From: Vulcanimicrobiota bacterium | GTDB lineage: Bacteria; Vulcanimicrobiota; Vulcanimicrobiia; Vulcanimicrobiales; Vulcanimicrobiaceae | Direction: 5' to 3' | Length of the DNA: 64,000 nucleotides | Assembly (NCBI GenBank): GCA_963786105.1 | Contig: CAWAXX010000012.1 | Coordinates: 128,001-192,000 of the forward strand | Shown here: positions 1 through 9,798 of the stretch, one piece after another | Layout: each line of letters starts with the position of its first letter | Numbering within the stretch: the stretch's first letter is position 1 | Position numbers and translations under genes: made by a program | The notes under the pieces: generated by a model | Databases searched by the model: none | What the model was told of the DNA's origin: nothing | What the model saw: the letters and a program-made list of their open reading frames with translations, nothing else

Positions 1-663
1 GACGTCGTGCCCTCCGACGTCGTCGCGACCCCGGAGGAAAGCCGCTTTACGCTCGACGGCACCCGGTTCCGGCTTCGTTTGCCCGGCCGTTTCAACGTCC
101 GCAACGCTTTGGCGACGATCGCCGTCGCGCGCGAACTCGGGATCGGCGATGCAACGAGCGCACGAGGACTGGCAAACCTCGAGCGCGTGCCCGGCCGCAT
201 GGAGCGCCTGCGCGACGACGGCGTCGACGTCGTCATCGACTACGCGCACACCCCCGACGCGCTTGAACACGCGCTCGGAGCGCTGCGCGAAACGGTAACC
301 GGAAAACTCGCCGTCGTTTTCGGGTGCGGCGGCGATCGCGATCGCGGCAAGCGGCCCGAAATGGGCGCGATGGCCGCACGGCTCGCCGATCGCCTGTACG
401 TGACCAGCGACAATCCGCGGAGCGAAGACCCGAGGGCAATCGTCGAAGAAATCGTTGCCGGAATCGGCAGCCGGCCGCATGTGGTCGAGCTGGATCGGCG
501 TCGCGCCATCGAGCGTTCGATTTCGGAAGCGCAGCCCGGGGATGTGGTGTTGGTGGCCGGAAAGGGTCACGAAACCTACCAGATCGTCGGGTCCGAAATT
601 CTCGAGTTCGACGATGCGGCGGTAGCGCGTCACGCGTTGCAACTGCGCGGGGTCCTGCGATGA
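1..663 (+). CDS. murE: UDP-MurNAc-tripeptide synthetase, C-terminal part (5' truncated by window)
   Basis: DYAHTPD, FGCGGDRD, TSDNPR and AGKGHE motifs; DNPR is typical of meso-DAP-adding MurE; first gene of the dcw run. Confidence 0.95.
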   Translation, partial: DVVPSDVVATPEESRFTLDGTRFRLRLPGRFNVRNALATIAVARELGIGDATSARGLANLERVPGRMERLRDDGVDVVIDYAHTPDALEHALGALRETVTGKLAVVFGCGGDRDRGKRPEMGAMAARLADRLYVTSDNPRSEDPRAIVEEIVAGIGSRPHVVELDRRRAIERSISEAQPGDVVLVAGKGHETYQIVGSEILEFDDAAVARHALQLRGVLR

Positions 664-2042
664 AGCTCCCGCTCGATGCAGCGGTGGCAGCTACCCGCGC
701 GACGTTGCTCGACGAGCGTGCCGCGCCGGCCGAGATTCGCGCGGGCACCGATACGCGCACGATCGAAGCCGGCGACACGTTCGTCGCGCTGCGCGGCACA
801 AATTTCGACGGGCACGATTTTACCGCCGAAGCGGTGCGCCGCGGCGCCGCCATGCTGGTAGTCGACCGGCCCGATACGCGCGTCGAAGGCGTGGCGACCA
901 TGGTCGTCGCCGACACCTTGCGAGCCTACATGACGCTCGCGGCACTAGCGCGCCGTCTCTTTGACGGCCGCGTGCTGGCAATCACCGGCAGTGCCGGGAA
1001 AACGACCTGCAAAGCGTTCGTCACGCAGTTGTTGGCGGCGCGCTACGGCGGCCGCGTCGCCGCCGCACCGGCCAACGAGAATAACGAAATTGGCGTGAGC
1101 AAGTTGTTGTTGAATGCCTCGAACTCCGAACACGATGCCATCGTGGTTGAGATGGGTGCGCGTCAATTCGGCGACATCGCGTCGCTGGTTGAGGTCGCTC
1201 GCCCCGAGGTTGGAGTCCTCACCAATATCGGCGAAGCGCACGTCGAAATCATGGGGACGCGCGAACGCCTAGCCGAGACGAAGTGGGCGCTGTTTTCGCG
1301 CGGCGCGCGCGCGGTGCTCAACGCGCGCGACGACGTGTCGATCGTGCGTGCGGCGAGACTCGCGCAGCCCCCCCATTGGTTCGTCGCGGACGACCGCGGT
1401 GATGACGAGATCGGAAGACTCTCGCGGGTTACCGCGTTGATAGGCCCGGACCGGCTCGTCGACGTCGTCGACGGCCGCCGCACGTTTGACGGCCCGGTTG
1501 ACGTTCGGGTTCCCGGCGCGCACAACCGCGCAAACGTCGTCGCTGCGATCGCCGGCGTGCTCGAACTCGGCGTCGAACTGCCGCCAACGATCGCCGTTCT
1601 TCCGACCTTGCGCCTGCCCCCGGGACGTTTCGAGTCGTTCGAGATGTCGGGCGGGTGGCGTATCATCTACGACGCGTATAATGCGAACGCGAGTGGAATG
1701 ATTGCCGCCTTGGACGCTCTCACGATGGAACGTCCCAAACGCGCCATCGCGGTTCTCGGCAGCATGGCGGAGTTGGGTGCGGAGTCGGCGCAGTTGCACG
1801 AGAAAGTCGGAGCGCACGCGGCGCGGCGAGCCGGCGTCTTGCTGGTGAGCGGCGAATACGCCGACGCAATGGCCCGCGGCGCGGAGCGAGAGGGTTTGGC
1901 GGCGGCGTCGGTGGTGCACGTAGCGTCGAATGAAGATGCGGCACACTGGTTGCGCGCACACGCTCGCAACGGCGACGTCGTACTGCTGAAGGGTTCGAGG
2001 AAGTACCGGCTTGAGGAAATCGTCGCGGAGTTGCAACGGTGA
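660..2042 (+). CDS. murF: UDP-MurNAc-tripeptide--D-Ala-D-Ala ligase
   Basis: ATG at 660 overlaps the murE stop (ATGA); DTR, GxNFDGHDF, ITGSAGKTT, DAYNAN and LKGSR motifs. Confidence 0.95.
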   Translation: MKLPLDAAVAATRATLLDERAAPAEIRAGTDTRTIEAGDTFVALRGTNFDGHDFTAEAVRRGAAMLVVDRPDTRVEGVATMVVADTLRAYMTLAALARRLFDGRVLAITGSAGKTTCKAFVTQLLAARYGGRVAAAPANENNEIGVSKLLLNASNSEHDAIVVEMGARQFGDIASLVEVARPEVGVLTNIGEAHVEIMGTRERLAETKWALFSRGARAVLNARDDVSIVRAARLAQPPHWFVADDRGDDEIGRLSRVTALIGPDRLVDVVDGRRTFDGPVDVRVPGAHNRANVVAAIAGVLELGVELPPTIAVLPTLRLPPGRFESFEMSGGWRIIYDAYNANASGMIAALDALTMERPKRAIAVLGSMAELGAESAQLHEKVGAHAARRAGVLLVSGEYADAMARGAEREGLAAASVVHVASNEDAAHWLRAHARNGDVVLLKGSRKYRLEEIVAELQR

Positions 2043-2755
2043 GCGCCGGCGCACGCGGCTTGGCGGTCACCCGTCCGGAGGTGCCGTCCGGATTGGTTGC
2101 GATTCCCGTGCGCACGCGATTGGTGCGCGAAGGCGACGACTTGATCGGCATCGTGGGCTCCGCGGTCGACGGCATCGCGCGGCGTGGGGACGTAATCGCC
2201 ATATCCGAAACCGCCGTGGCGATCGCCCAAGGCGAATACGTTCCTGCCGAATACGTCCGTCCGAGTCCGCTGGCGTACGCGCTTTCGCGCCGCGCCGGTG
2301 CGCTGGCGACGGTCAATCAGCCGGAGTCGATGCAGCTCGTTATCGACCGCGCCGGACGGTCGAAGGTGATTTACGCGACGCTGGCCCACCTCGTCGGGCG
2401 CGCGTTCGGCAGGCGCGGCGCGTTCTATGAAATCATGGGGGAATCGCTTACGGCGATCGATGGGTATACGGGCACGATGCCGCCGTTCGAGCGCGCGATC
2501 GTGTTCGCACCGCGCGAACCGGACGCTTTCGCGGAATCGGTCCTCGAGCGCGTCGGAACGGCGTGCGCGGTGGTCGACGCCAACGACCTGGAGAAAGCCA
2601 AGGTCCTCGGCGCTTCTCGCGGGGTCCGTCGAAACACCGTCGAGGGCGCCTTGCTCGACAATCCGCATGGTAACGGGGACGAGCAAACCCCGGTCGTCGT
2701 TCTCAAGTGGCGCGGCCAAGGTTCCAACCCGCTGATGGAGAGCCCGACGTCGTGA
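2039..2755 (+). CDS. CofE-like (coenzyme F420-0:gamma-glutamyl ligase family) protein
   Basis: PVRTRLV..GDDL, ISETAVAIAQG, VVDANDL and DNPHGNGDEQTPVVVL resemble CofE-family ligases; GTGA overlaps with both neighbours. Confidence 0.7.
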   Translation: MSAGARGLAVTRPEVPSGLVAIPVRTRLVREGDDLIGIVGSAVDGIARRGDVIAISETAVAIAQGEYVPAEYVRPSPLAYALSRRAGALATVNQPESMQLVIDRAGRSKVIYATLAHLVGRAFGRRGAFYEIMGESLTAIDGYTGTMPPFERAIVFAPREPDAFAESVLERVGTACAVVDANDLEKAKVLGASRGVRRNTVEGALLDNPHGNGDEQTPVVVLKWRGQGSNPLMESPTS

Positions 2756-3762
2756 ACGATCCGCATGCAGGGCTCGGCGCCGCCGTCTTCGATCCTCGAC
2801 TGCTGTTCAGCGTTGCGCCTCTTTGGATTCTGCTGGGATTGATCGTCGCGCTCGTTGCCGGAGCGGTGCTGCTGCCGCTGTTGAGCCGGCTGCAAGTGCG
2901 GCAGCGCGCGTACGAGGACGCGCCGCAAAGCCACCAGGCCAAGACCGGTACGCCGACGATGGGCGGCCTGGTCTTCGTCGCGGCAATGGCGGCAACGTTG
3001 CCGGCAACGCGCGCGCCGCTGCTTCCGCAGTTGGGGTTTCTCGTGATCGCTTGTGCTGCGGTCGGTGCCGTCGACGATGTACTGTCGATTCGTTCGGGGC
3101 ACCATCGCGGTCTGCGCGCGCGCACGAAGTTCTTGGCGACGACCTTGATCGCCGTCGTCTTCCTGCGCTCGATCGACGGGACGTTGACCTTTTTCCCGCG
3201 CGACGTTCTATTGCACGCCGGGACGTTTTCGCTGACGGCGCCCCACTGGGTGTGGCTGCTGCTCGGAATTCTGGCAATCACCGCCACGATTCACGCCGTC
3301 AACTTGACGGACGGGCTCGACGGTCTCGCAACCGGAACGATGCTTCCGCCGCTGGCCGCGTCGATTCCCATTGCCGCTCAAACGCTGGTGCCGGCGGCGC
3401 TGATCGGCTCGTCGGTCGGTCTAGGCGCGTGTCTGGGCTTCCTTTTTTATAACCGTCATCCCGCAAAGATGTTCATGGGCGACACCGGCTCCCTGGCGCT
3501 AGGCGCGCTGCTTTCGGGGGTCGCGATTCTCACCGGCGAAATGCTGTTGCTCGTTCTGATCGGCGGCGTGTTCGTGGCGGAAGCGCTGTCCGTCATTCTC
3601 CAGGTGTCGTACTTCAAGATCACCAATGGCAAGCGCATCTTGAAAATGAGCCCGCTGCACCACCATTTCGAACTCAGCGGCTGGCCGGAAACGAAAGTGA
3701 CTGCCCTGTTTTGGTTAGGCTCGCTCGTATGCTCGCTGATCGGATTGGCGGTGGTGCGATGA
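2752..3762 (+). CDS. mraY: Phospho-MurNAc-pentapeptide transferase
   Basis: KTGTPTMGG, NLTDGLDGL, FMGDTGS and PLHHHFE motifs; start placed at GTG 2752 by GTGA coupling. Confidence 0.95.
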   Translation: MNDPHAGLGAAVFDPRLLFSVAPLWILLGLIVALVAGAVLLPLLSRLQVRQRAYEDAPQSHQAKTGTPTMGGLVFVAAMAATLPATRAPLLPQLGFLVIACAAVGAVDDVLSIRSGHHRGLRARTKFLATTLIAVVFLRSIDGTLTFFPRDVLLHAGTFSLTAPHWVWLLLGILAITATIHAVNLTDGLDGLATGTMLPPLAASIPIAAQTLVPAALIGSSVGLGACLGFLFYNRHPAKMFMGDTGSLALGALLSGVAILTGEMLLLVLIGGVFVAEALSVILQVSYFKITNGKRILKMSPLHHHFELSGWPETKVTALFWLGSLVCSLIGLAVVR

Positions 3763-5162
3763 GCGAGATATTCGAGTTCGGCGCGCGCGATACCGCACTG
3801 GTGATCGGTCTGGGCCGCAGCGGCCTCGCATGCGTCGAGGTGTTGCGCGAGCGCGGCGTCACGGTCTACGCGACCGACGAAAAAGCGGCCGGCGAGCTGG
3901 ACGGACCGATTGCGGCGGTCGAAAATTTCGGCGCGCGCTTCGTTGCGCCGTCCGGCGTCGAAGCCCTCGCCCCCGGCGTCACCTCGGCCGTCCTCTCACC
4001 GGGCGTTCCGCCGACGTCGCCGGTCGTGCGCGCCGTCAATCGAGCCAACGTTCCGGTCATCGGCGAGATCGAGCTCGCGTATCGCCTGTGCAAGGCACCC
4101 ATCATCGCGGTGACCGGCACGAAGGGCAAGTCGACGACGACGGCGTTGACCGGTCACCTGTTGCGCGCGTGCGGTTTCACCGTTCGGGTAGGCGGCAATA
4201 TCGGAAATCCGCTGATCAAGGAAGTGCTCGGTGCCGGCGAGCGCGACTGGGTGGTTGCGGAGGTCTCGTCATTTCAACTCGAAACCATCCGGGCGTTCAA
4301 GCCGCGGGTCGCCGTGCTGCTCAACGTCGTCCCCGACCACCTCGACCGGTACTATTCCATGGACGAGTATGCCGAAGCGAAGTATCGCGTCTTCGCCAAT
4401 CAAGGGTTAAACGATTGGTTTGTCGGGAATCTCGACGATCCGCGTATCGCCCAGCTTCACTGGCGTCACGGTGAAATGCGCGCGCAAGCGCGGCAGATGT
4501 GGTTCACGTTACGACCGCACGAGGAATGGGCGACCATGTTCCGCCGGGAAGGGATGTTGACGTACGTGCCGATTGCGGGTGACCCGCGGCCGGTAGATCT
4601 CGTCGCGCGTGACGAGATCGCGCTGCCGGGAGAGCACAACGTGCAAAACGCGATGGCGGCGCTGCTGGCCGCGCTGGCCGTCGGCTGCGAGCCCGCAGCG
4701 CTTCGCGAGGGCGTTTCGTCATTTCGACCGATGCCGCACCGGCTAGAGACCGTGGCCGACGTCGATGGCGTGATGTTCGTCGACGATTCGAAATCGACCA
4801 ATCCGCACTCTGCGATCGCCGCGCTCTTCAGCTTTCAGCGGCCGATTATCCTCATCGCGGGCGGGCGCGCAAAGGGGACTTCCTTCGGCGAATTGGGCGC
4901 GGCGATACGCCGGCGAGCGAAAGCCGTCGTCGCAATCGGCGAGGCGGCCGACGAGATCGTCCGTGCCGGCGAAGGCGTCCCCGCCTTTCGCGCCTCTTCG
5001 ATGGAAGACGCGGTGCGGCGCGCGCGGGAGCTGAGCGTTGCCGGGGACGTCGTGTTGCTTTCCCCGGCATGCTCGTCGTTCGACATGTTTACGTCGGCCG
5101 AGGATCGCGGCGAGCGCTTCGCCGCGGCGGTCGCCTCGCTGCCGGAGCCGGCCGGTGCTTAG
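3759..5162 (+). CDS. murD: UDP-MurNAc-L-Ala--D-glutamate ligase
   Basis: GLGRSG, VTGTKGKSTT, GGNIG, EVSSFQLE, DHLDRY, DDSKSTN and LSPACSSFD motifs; ATGA overlap at 3759. Confidence 0.95.
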   Translation: MSEIFEFGARDTALVIGLGRSGLACVEVLRERGVTVYATDEKAAGELDGPIAAVENFGARFVAPSGVEALAPGVTSAVLSPGVPPTSPVVRAVNRANVPVIGEIELAYRLCKAPIIAVTGTKGKSTTTALTGHLLRACGFTVRVGGNIGNPLIKEVLGAGERDWVVAEVSSFQLETIRAFKPRVAVLLNVVPDHLDRYYSMDEYAEAKYRVFANQGLNDWFVGNLDDPRIAQLHWRHGEMRAQARQMWFTLRPHEEWATMFRREGMLTYVPIAGDPRPVDLVARDEIALPGEHNVQNAMAALLAALAVGCEPAALREGVSSFRPMPHRLETVADVDGVMFVDDSKSTNPHSAIAALFSFQRPIILIAGGRAKGTSFGELGAAIRRRAKAVVAIGEAADEIVRAGEGVPAFRASSMEDAVRRARELSVAGDVVLLSPACSSFDMFTSAEDRGERFAAAVASLPEPAGA

Positions 5163-6339
5163 TTCGCGCACGCTCAATCGCGGCCGTAAGTCGCCGCGCG
5201 GCGACGCGTCCGATCGCGCACCGGTGCGCTCGTACGTAACCGCGCCGCCGGATGTCGTGCTCTTTGCGGTCGTCGCGACGCTGGTCGGAATCGGCCTCGT
5301 CATGGTGTTCTCGGCGTCGAGCGCGACCGCGTATGCGGAGCACGGCGACATCGCCTACTATGTCAAGCGCCAGCTGATCTGGCTGCTCGTCGGGATGTTC
5401 GCAGCGTTCGTCGTCTACAAGATGGAGCTGGCACGTTTGAAGCGAGCGGCGCCGTATCTGCTGGTGGCCGCGATCGCCGGGCTGCTGCTCGTGTTCGTGC
5501 CTCACGTGGGAGTCGGCGTCAACGGCGGCCGCCGGTGGGTCGGATTTTCCTCGTTGAGTTTCGAGCCGTCGGAGTTCGCAAAACTCGCGCTCGTGATCTA
5601 TCTTTCCGCGATGCTTGCGAGCCGCGGCGATCGCATAACCTCGCTGGTGAGAGGATTGTTTCCGCTGTGCGTTCCGGTGTTGATCATGGCCGTCTTGGTG
5701 CTCAAAGAACCGGACATGGGCACCGCCAGCCTCTTGGTGTTCATCGCCTTCACGATGTTTTTCGCAGCCGGCGCGCGCGTCTTTCATTTGATCGCCATCC
5801 TGGCGGTGACGGCGCCGATGGCGGTGCTTACCGTCATCGCCAGTCCGTACCGGCGCGCACGCGTTTTCGCGTTCTTGGATCCGTGGAAAGATCCGCAGAA
5901 CACGGGCTTCCACATCGTTCAGTCGCTCCTGGCGCTCGGTAGCGGCGGTATCTTCGGCATGGGACTCGGCGCGTCGCGCGCGAAATTTTTCTACCTCCCC
6001 GAACAATACACCGACTTCATCTTCTCAGTGTTGGGTGAGGAACTGGGCTTGATCGGCGCGTTTTCCGTGGTCGTGCTGTTCGTCACATTCATCTACCGGG
6101 CCGTGCGAATCGCGCTCGCGGCTCCCGATCGCTTCGGCTACTTTCTGGCCTGCGGGTGCGGCGCCATGATCGCGATTCAAGCCTTCATCAACATCGGCGT
6201 CGTGACGTCGTCGTGGCCGGTAACCGGCGTGCCCCTTCCGTTCGTCTCGTTCGGCGGCAGTTCGCTCGTCGTCAATCTCATTGCCGTCGCCCTGATCGCC
6301 AACGTCGGACGCCATCGCCGGCTGAATGCCGGCTCTTAG
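5155..6339 (+). CDS. ftsW: SEDS peptidoglycan polymerase FtsW
   Basis: Multi-TM; MVFSAS, GGRRW, EPSEFAK, EPDMGT, LPEQYTDFIF and LPFVSFGGSS motifs; lies between murD and murG; start approximate. Confidence 0.92.
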   Translation: MLSSRTLNRGRKSPRGDASDRAPVRSYVTAPPDVVLFAVVATLVGIGLVMVFSASSATAYAEHGDIAYYVKRQLIWLLVGMFAAFVVYKMELARLKRAAPYLLVAAIAGLLLVFVPHVGVGVNGGRRWVGFSSLSFEPSEFAKLALVIYLSAMLASRGDRITSLVRGLFPLCVPVLIMAVLVLKEPDMGTASLLVFIAFTMFFAAGARVFHLIAILAVTAPMAVLTVIASPYRRARVFAFLDPWKDPQNTGFHIVQSLLALGSGGIFGMGLGASRAKFFYLPEQYTDFIFSVLGEELGLIGAFSVVVLFVTFIYRAVRIALAAPDRFGYFLACGCGAMIAIQAFINIGVVTSSWPVTGVPLPFVSFGGSSLVVNLIAVALIANVGRHRRLNAGS

Positions 6340-7456
6340 CCTGCAGACTCCGTCCGGGCGGCGGATCGTTTTTGCCGGAGGCGGTACGGGCGGGCATCTC
6401 TACCCTGCAATTGCGGTCGCCGACGCGTTGCGCGAACGCGATGCGGAGATCGCGTTTGTCGGAACCGCCGACCGGCTGGAAGCGACGATCGTCCCCAAAG
6501 CGGGATACGAGCTGCATACGATCGCCGGCCGTCCGTTGGTACGCAATTTATCGTGGGATTTTCTTCGAACCGTCGTCGCCAATGCGGCCGGGACCGCACA
6601 AAGCCTCGCGCTTCTACTGCGATTGCGCCCGGACTTGGTGATTGCAACCGGTGGCTACGTGTGTTTCCCAGCGGTCTTGGCCGCACGAGCGTTGCGGGCG
6701 GTGCGCGTTTCTCGAATGGCTATAGCATTGCTCGAGCCCAACGCAAAGCCCGGGCTGACGAACCGGCTGCTCGCCCCGCTGGTGGACGAGGTGTGGGGGG
6801 CCTTCGGCGATGCCGATTCCCGCTTCGCAGGTAAGTACGTGCGCACGGGTGTGCCGGTCCGTTCGGCGTTGCGGTCGTTGCCATCGCGCGGTGCGGCAAT
6901 CGCGGGGCTTGGGCTCGACCCAGCCCGAAAGACGCTTTTGGCGATCGGCGGAAGCCAGGGCGCTCGCACGATCAACGACGCTTTGAGCGCGCTGGCGAAA
7001 GAGCGCGAGTTGCCGCCAGGATGGCAACTTATCGTCGTCACCGGCGCGCGCGACTACGAACGCGTACGGGCAGAGATGGAAGGCTCGGGGGTGGTGGTGC
7101 GGCCGTATCTCGACGACCTGTCGGAAGCCTACGCCGCCGCCGATCTGGTGTTGGCTCGAGCCGGTGCTTCGACGCTGGCGGAGCTGGCGGCCGTCGGAAA
7201 GCCGGCGATTCTCGTCCCGTATCCGTTTGCCGCCGACGATCATCAGACGAGCAACGCCGAGCGCTTTGCCGCCACCGGTGCGGCCGTCATCGTTGCCGAC
7301 CACGAGCTGCAGCGTGGCGCGCTACGTCTTGCTATCGCCGAAGCGACCGGCTCGCCGCGGATCGACGGCATGCGAGCCGATGCCGAGCGCTTGCGCTCGG
7401 GCGATCCGATTGCGACCATTCTCGCCCGGGTCGATTGGCTGTTGGCGAGAAAGTAG
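6326..7456 (+). CDS. murG: Undecaprenyl-PP-MurNAc-pentapeptide GlcNAc transferase
   Basis: GGGTGGHLYP, TGGYV, GGSQGA, RAGASTLAE and HQTSNA motifs. Confidence 0.95.
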   Translation: MPALSLQTPSGRRIVFAGGGTGGHLYPAIAVADALRERDAEIAFVGTADRLEATIVPKAGYELHTIAGRPLVRNLSWDFLRTVVANAAGTAQSLALLLRLRPDLVIATGGYVCFPAVLAARALRAVRVSRMAIALLEPNAKPGLTNRLLAPLVDEVWGAFGDADSRFAGKYVRTGVPVRSALRSLPSRGAAIAGLGLDPARKTLLAIGGSQGARTINDALSALAKERELPPGWQLIVVTGARDYERVRAEMEGSGVVVRPYLDDLSEAYAAADLVLARAGASTLAELAAVGKPAILVPYPFAADDHQTSNAERFAATGAAVIVADHELQRGALRLAIAEATGSPRIDGMRADAERLRSGDPIATILARVDWLLARK

Positions 7457-7465
7457 GACGTATCG

Positions 7466-8848
7466 ATGAATGGAGGGCCGTTTCACTTTATCGGCGTCGG
7501 CGGCATCGGGATGAGCGCTATTGCGCGCGTCCTGCTCGCGCGCGGCGAGACGGTATCCGGCTCCGACGTCAAGCCAACACCGCTGCTCGAAGAGCTGCGC
7601 GCACAAGGCGTTCGCGTGACGATTGGGCACGACGGCGACAACATCCGCGGCGCGCATACCGTCGTCGTGAGCTCGGCGATCGACCGCCGTAATCCCGAGT
7701 ACGCCGCGGCCCGGCGCAACGGGACGCCGGTGCTGCACCGCGGCGAAATGCTGGCGCAGCTCCTGGACGAACGCCGCGGCATCGCCGTCTGCGGAACGCA
7801 CGGCAAAACGACGACCACCGCGATGACGCATGCGGTGCTGCGCTTGGGCGGCATCGACGCGAGCCTCGTGCTGGGCGGAATCGATTGCCTGCTCGAGACG
7901 AACGCGCACGACGGGACGTCGCCCTGGTTCGTTACGGAGGCCGACGAATCCGACGGGTCGTTTGCGCTTCTCGAGCCTGCAATGGCGGTCGTTACCAACA
8001 TCGAGAACGATCATCTCGTCAGCGACGACGATCTTCCTCAGTTAGTGCGCGCCTTCGCGGAATTTCTTGGGAAGCTTCCCGAAGACGGGGCGGCGATCGT
8101 CGGCGTCGACAACGCGTTGTCGGCCTCGCTCGTCTCGCACGATTTGCGTACGCGTACGGTCACGTTCGGTCTTTCGGCCGGCGCCGACGTTCGCGCGGCG
8201 AACCTCCGGACGGACGGCCTTGCCGCGCGCTTCGACGTCATTGTGGGCGGCGCGTGCCTTGGCATCGTCGAGTTACGCGTGCCCGGCGCCATCAACGTGC
8301 AAAACGCGCTGGCGGCTATTGCGGTCGGGCGCGAACTTGGCATTCCGTTTGCAAGAATCGCCGATGCGCTGAGGGCTTTTCGCGGCGTGCGCCGCCGCTT
8401 CGACGTTCTCGCCCGCACCGAACGCCTCATCGTCGTCGACGATTACGCCCATCATCCCACCGCGGTGCGCGCGACGATCGCGGCGGCCCGCGAATACCGT
8501 CCCGGACCGCTGGTCGTCGCCTTTCAACCGCATCGCTATACCCGCACGGCATTCTTGGCTCGCGATTTCGCCGACGCGCTGCGCGGCGCCGATTGCGTGT
8601 ACCTGACGCCGGTATACGCGGCCTCGGAGCCGATAATTCCCGGCGTGAGCGAGCGCTCCATCGGCGAGCCCTTGTCCGCGAGCGGCGCCACCGTTCGCTA
8701 CGTGGCGCGCGTCGAGGATTTGGAGGATCGCATCTTCGACGAGGCGCCGCCCGGCGCGCTCGTTCTGATGCTCGGCGCCGGTAACGTCACCGACGTAGCC
8801 GCGCGCTTAGCCGAGCGGGTCGCCCGCTCTGCATCGGTGCGCGCATGA
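7466..8848 (+). CDS. murC: UDP-MurNAc--L-alanine ligase
   Basis: HFIGVGGIGMS, GTHGKTTTT, EADESD, DDYAHHPT and FQPHRYTR motifs. Confidence 0.96.
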   Translation: MNGGPFHFIGVGGIGMSAIARVLLARGETVSGSDVKPTPLLEELRAQGVRVTIGHDGDNIRGAHTVVVSSAIDRRNPEYAAARRNGTPVLHRGEMLAQLLDERRGIAVCGTHGKTTTTAMTHAVLRLGGIDASLVLGGIDCLLETNAHDGTSPWFVTEADESDGSFALLEPAMAVVTNIENDHLVSDDDLPQLVRAFAEFLGKLPEDGAAIVGVDNALSASLVSHDLRTRTVTFGLSAGADVRAANLRTDGLAARFDVIVGGACLGIVELRVPGAINVQNALAAIAVGRELGIPFARIADALRAFRGVRRRFDVLARTERLIVVDDYAHHPTAVRATIAAAREYRPGPLVVAFQPHRYTRTAFLARDFADALRGADCVYLTPVYAASEPIIPGVSERSIGEPLSASGATVRYVARVEDLEDRIFDEAPPGALVLMLGAGNVTDVAARLAERVARSASVRA

Positions 8849-9798
8849 GCGTGACGACGTCGCTGGCCCTGCGCTCGCTGCTCGGCGAAGGCGACCGCGA
8901 AGCGCTGACGGCGATCTTCGGCGCGCGCGCGAAATTCGACGAGCCGCTGGCGCAGTACACGTCGTGGAAGATCGGCGGACCCGCCGACGCGCTGGTCGCC
9001 GCGGAAAGCGAAGGCGAACTGGCCGCATTGATGCGGTTCTGCCTCAAGCGGCGCATGCCATGGTTTGCCATCGGAGGCGGCAGCAACGTCCTTGTCGGCG
9101 ACGGCGGAGTGCGTGGGGTCGTGATTCGCTTGAGCGGGGCATTTGCGGATATCGGCGTTCGCATCGAAGACGAGTGCGTGGTCGTCGAGGCGGGCGCTTC
9201 GGCCGGGATGGCGGCGATCACCGCGAAGGCGGCGACGGCCGGTGCAGCGGGCGTCGGTTCGCTGGCCGGCATCCCTGGAACGGTGGGCGGATCTCTGCGC
9301 ATGAACGCCGGCACCGACCGGGAGATCGGGGATTTCGTGCGCGACGTCTGGGTGCAGTCTCCCGCCAAGCCGGTCGCGCATCCCGTGACGGTGCAGTACT
9401 TCTACCGTCATTCCAGCCTGGCGCGCGATGCGGTCGTTTCGCGCATTACCCTGGCGTTTGCCAAGAGCGATCCGGCCGCCGTTCGCGCGGAGATGCGGAG
9501 GCGGCTCGTGCGGCGGAAGGATACGCAGCCGATCGCGCTCCCGAATGCGGGATCGTGTTTTCGAAATCCCGACGGCGACAAGGCCGCCCGGCTGATCGAG
9601 GGCATCGGGGCTAAGGGATGGCGCGAGGGCGGCGCGGAAGTTTCCCCATTGCACGCGAATTTCATCAACAACGTCGGCGGCGCGAGTGCCAAAGACGTCG
9701 CGACGCTGCTGGCGCGCGTGCGCTCCGCAGTCCACGACCGGTTCGGCGTGGAGCTGCAACTCGAAGTGCACCTAGTCGGAGTCTTCGTAGACGCATGA
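8845..9798 (+). CDS. murB: UDP-N-acetylenolpyruvoylglucosamine reductase
   Basis: IGGPAD, GGGSNVL, GIPGTVGG..MNAG, AGSCFRNP and HANFINN motifs. Confidence 0.95.
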   Translation: MSVTTSLALRSLLGEGDREALTAIFGARAKFDEPLAQYTSWKIGGPADALVAAESEGELAALMRFCLKRRMPWFAIGGGSNVLVGDGGVRGVVIRLSGAFADIGVRIEDECVVVEAGASAGMAAITAKAATAGAAGVGSLAGIPGTVGGSLRMNAGTDREIGDFVRDVWVQSPAKPVAHPVTVQYFYRHSSLARDAVVSRITLAFAKSDPAAVRAEMRRRLVRRKDTQPIALPNAGSCFRNPDGDKAARLIEGIGAKGWREGGAEVSPLHANFINNVGGASAKDVATLLARVRSAVHDRFGVELQLEVHLVGVFVDA

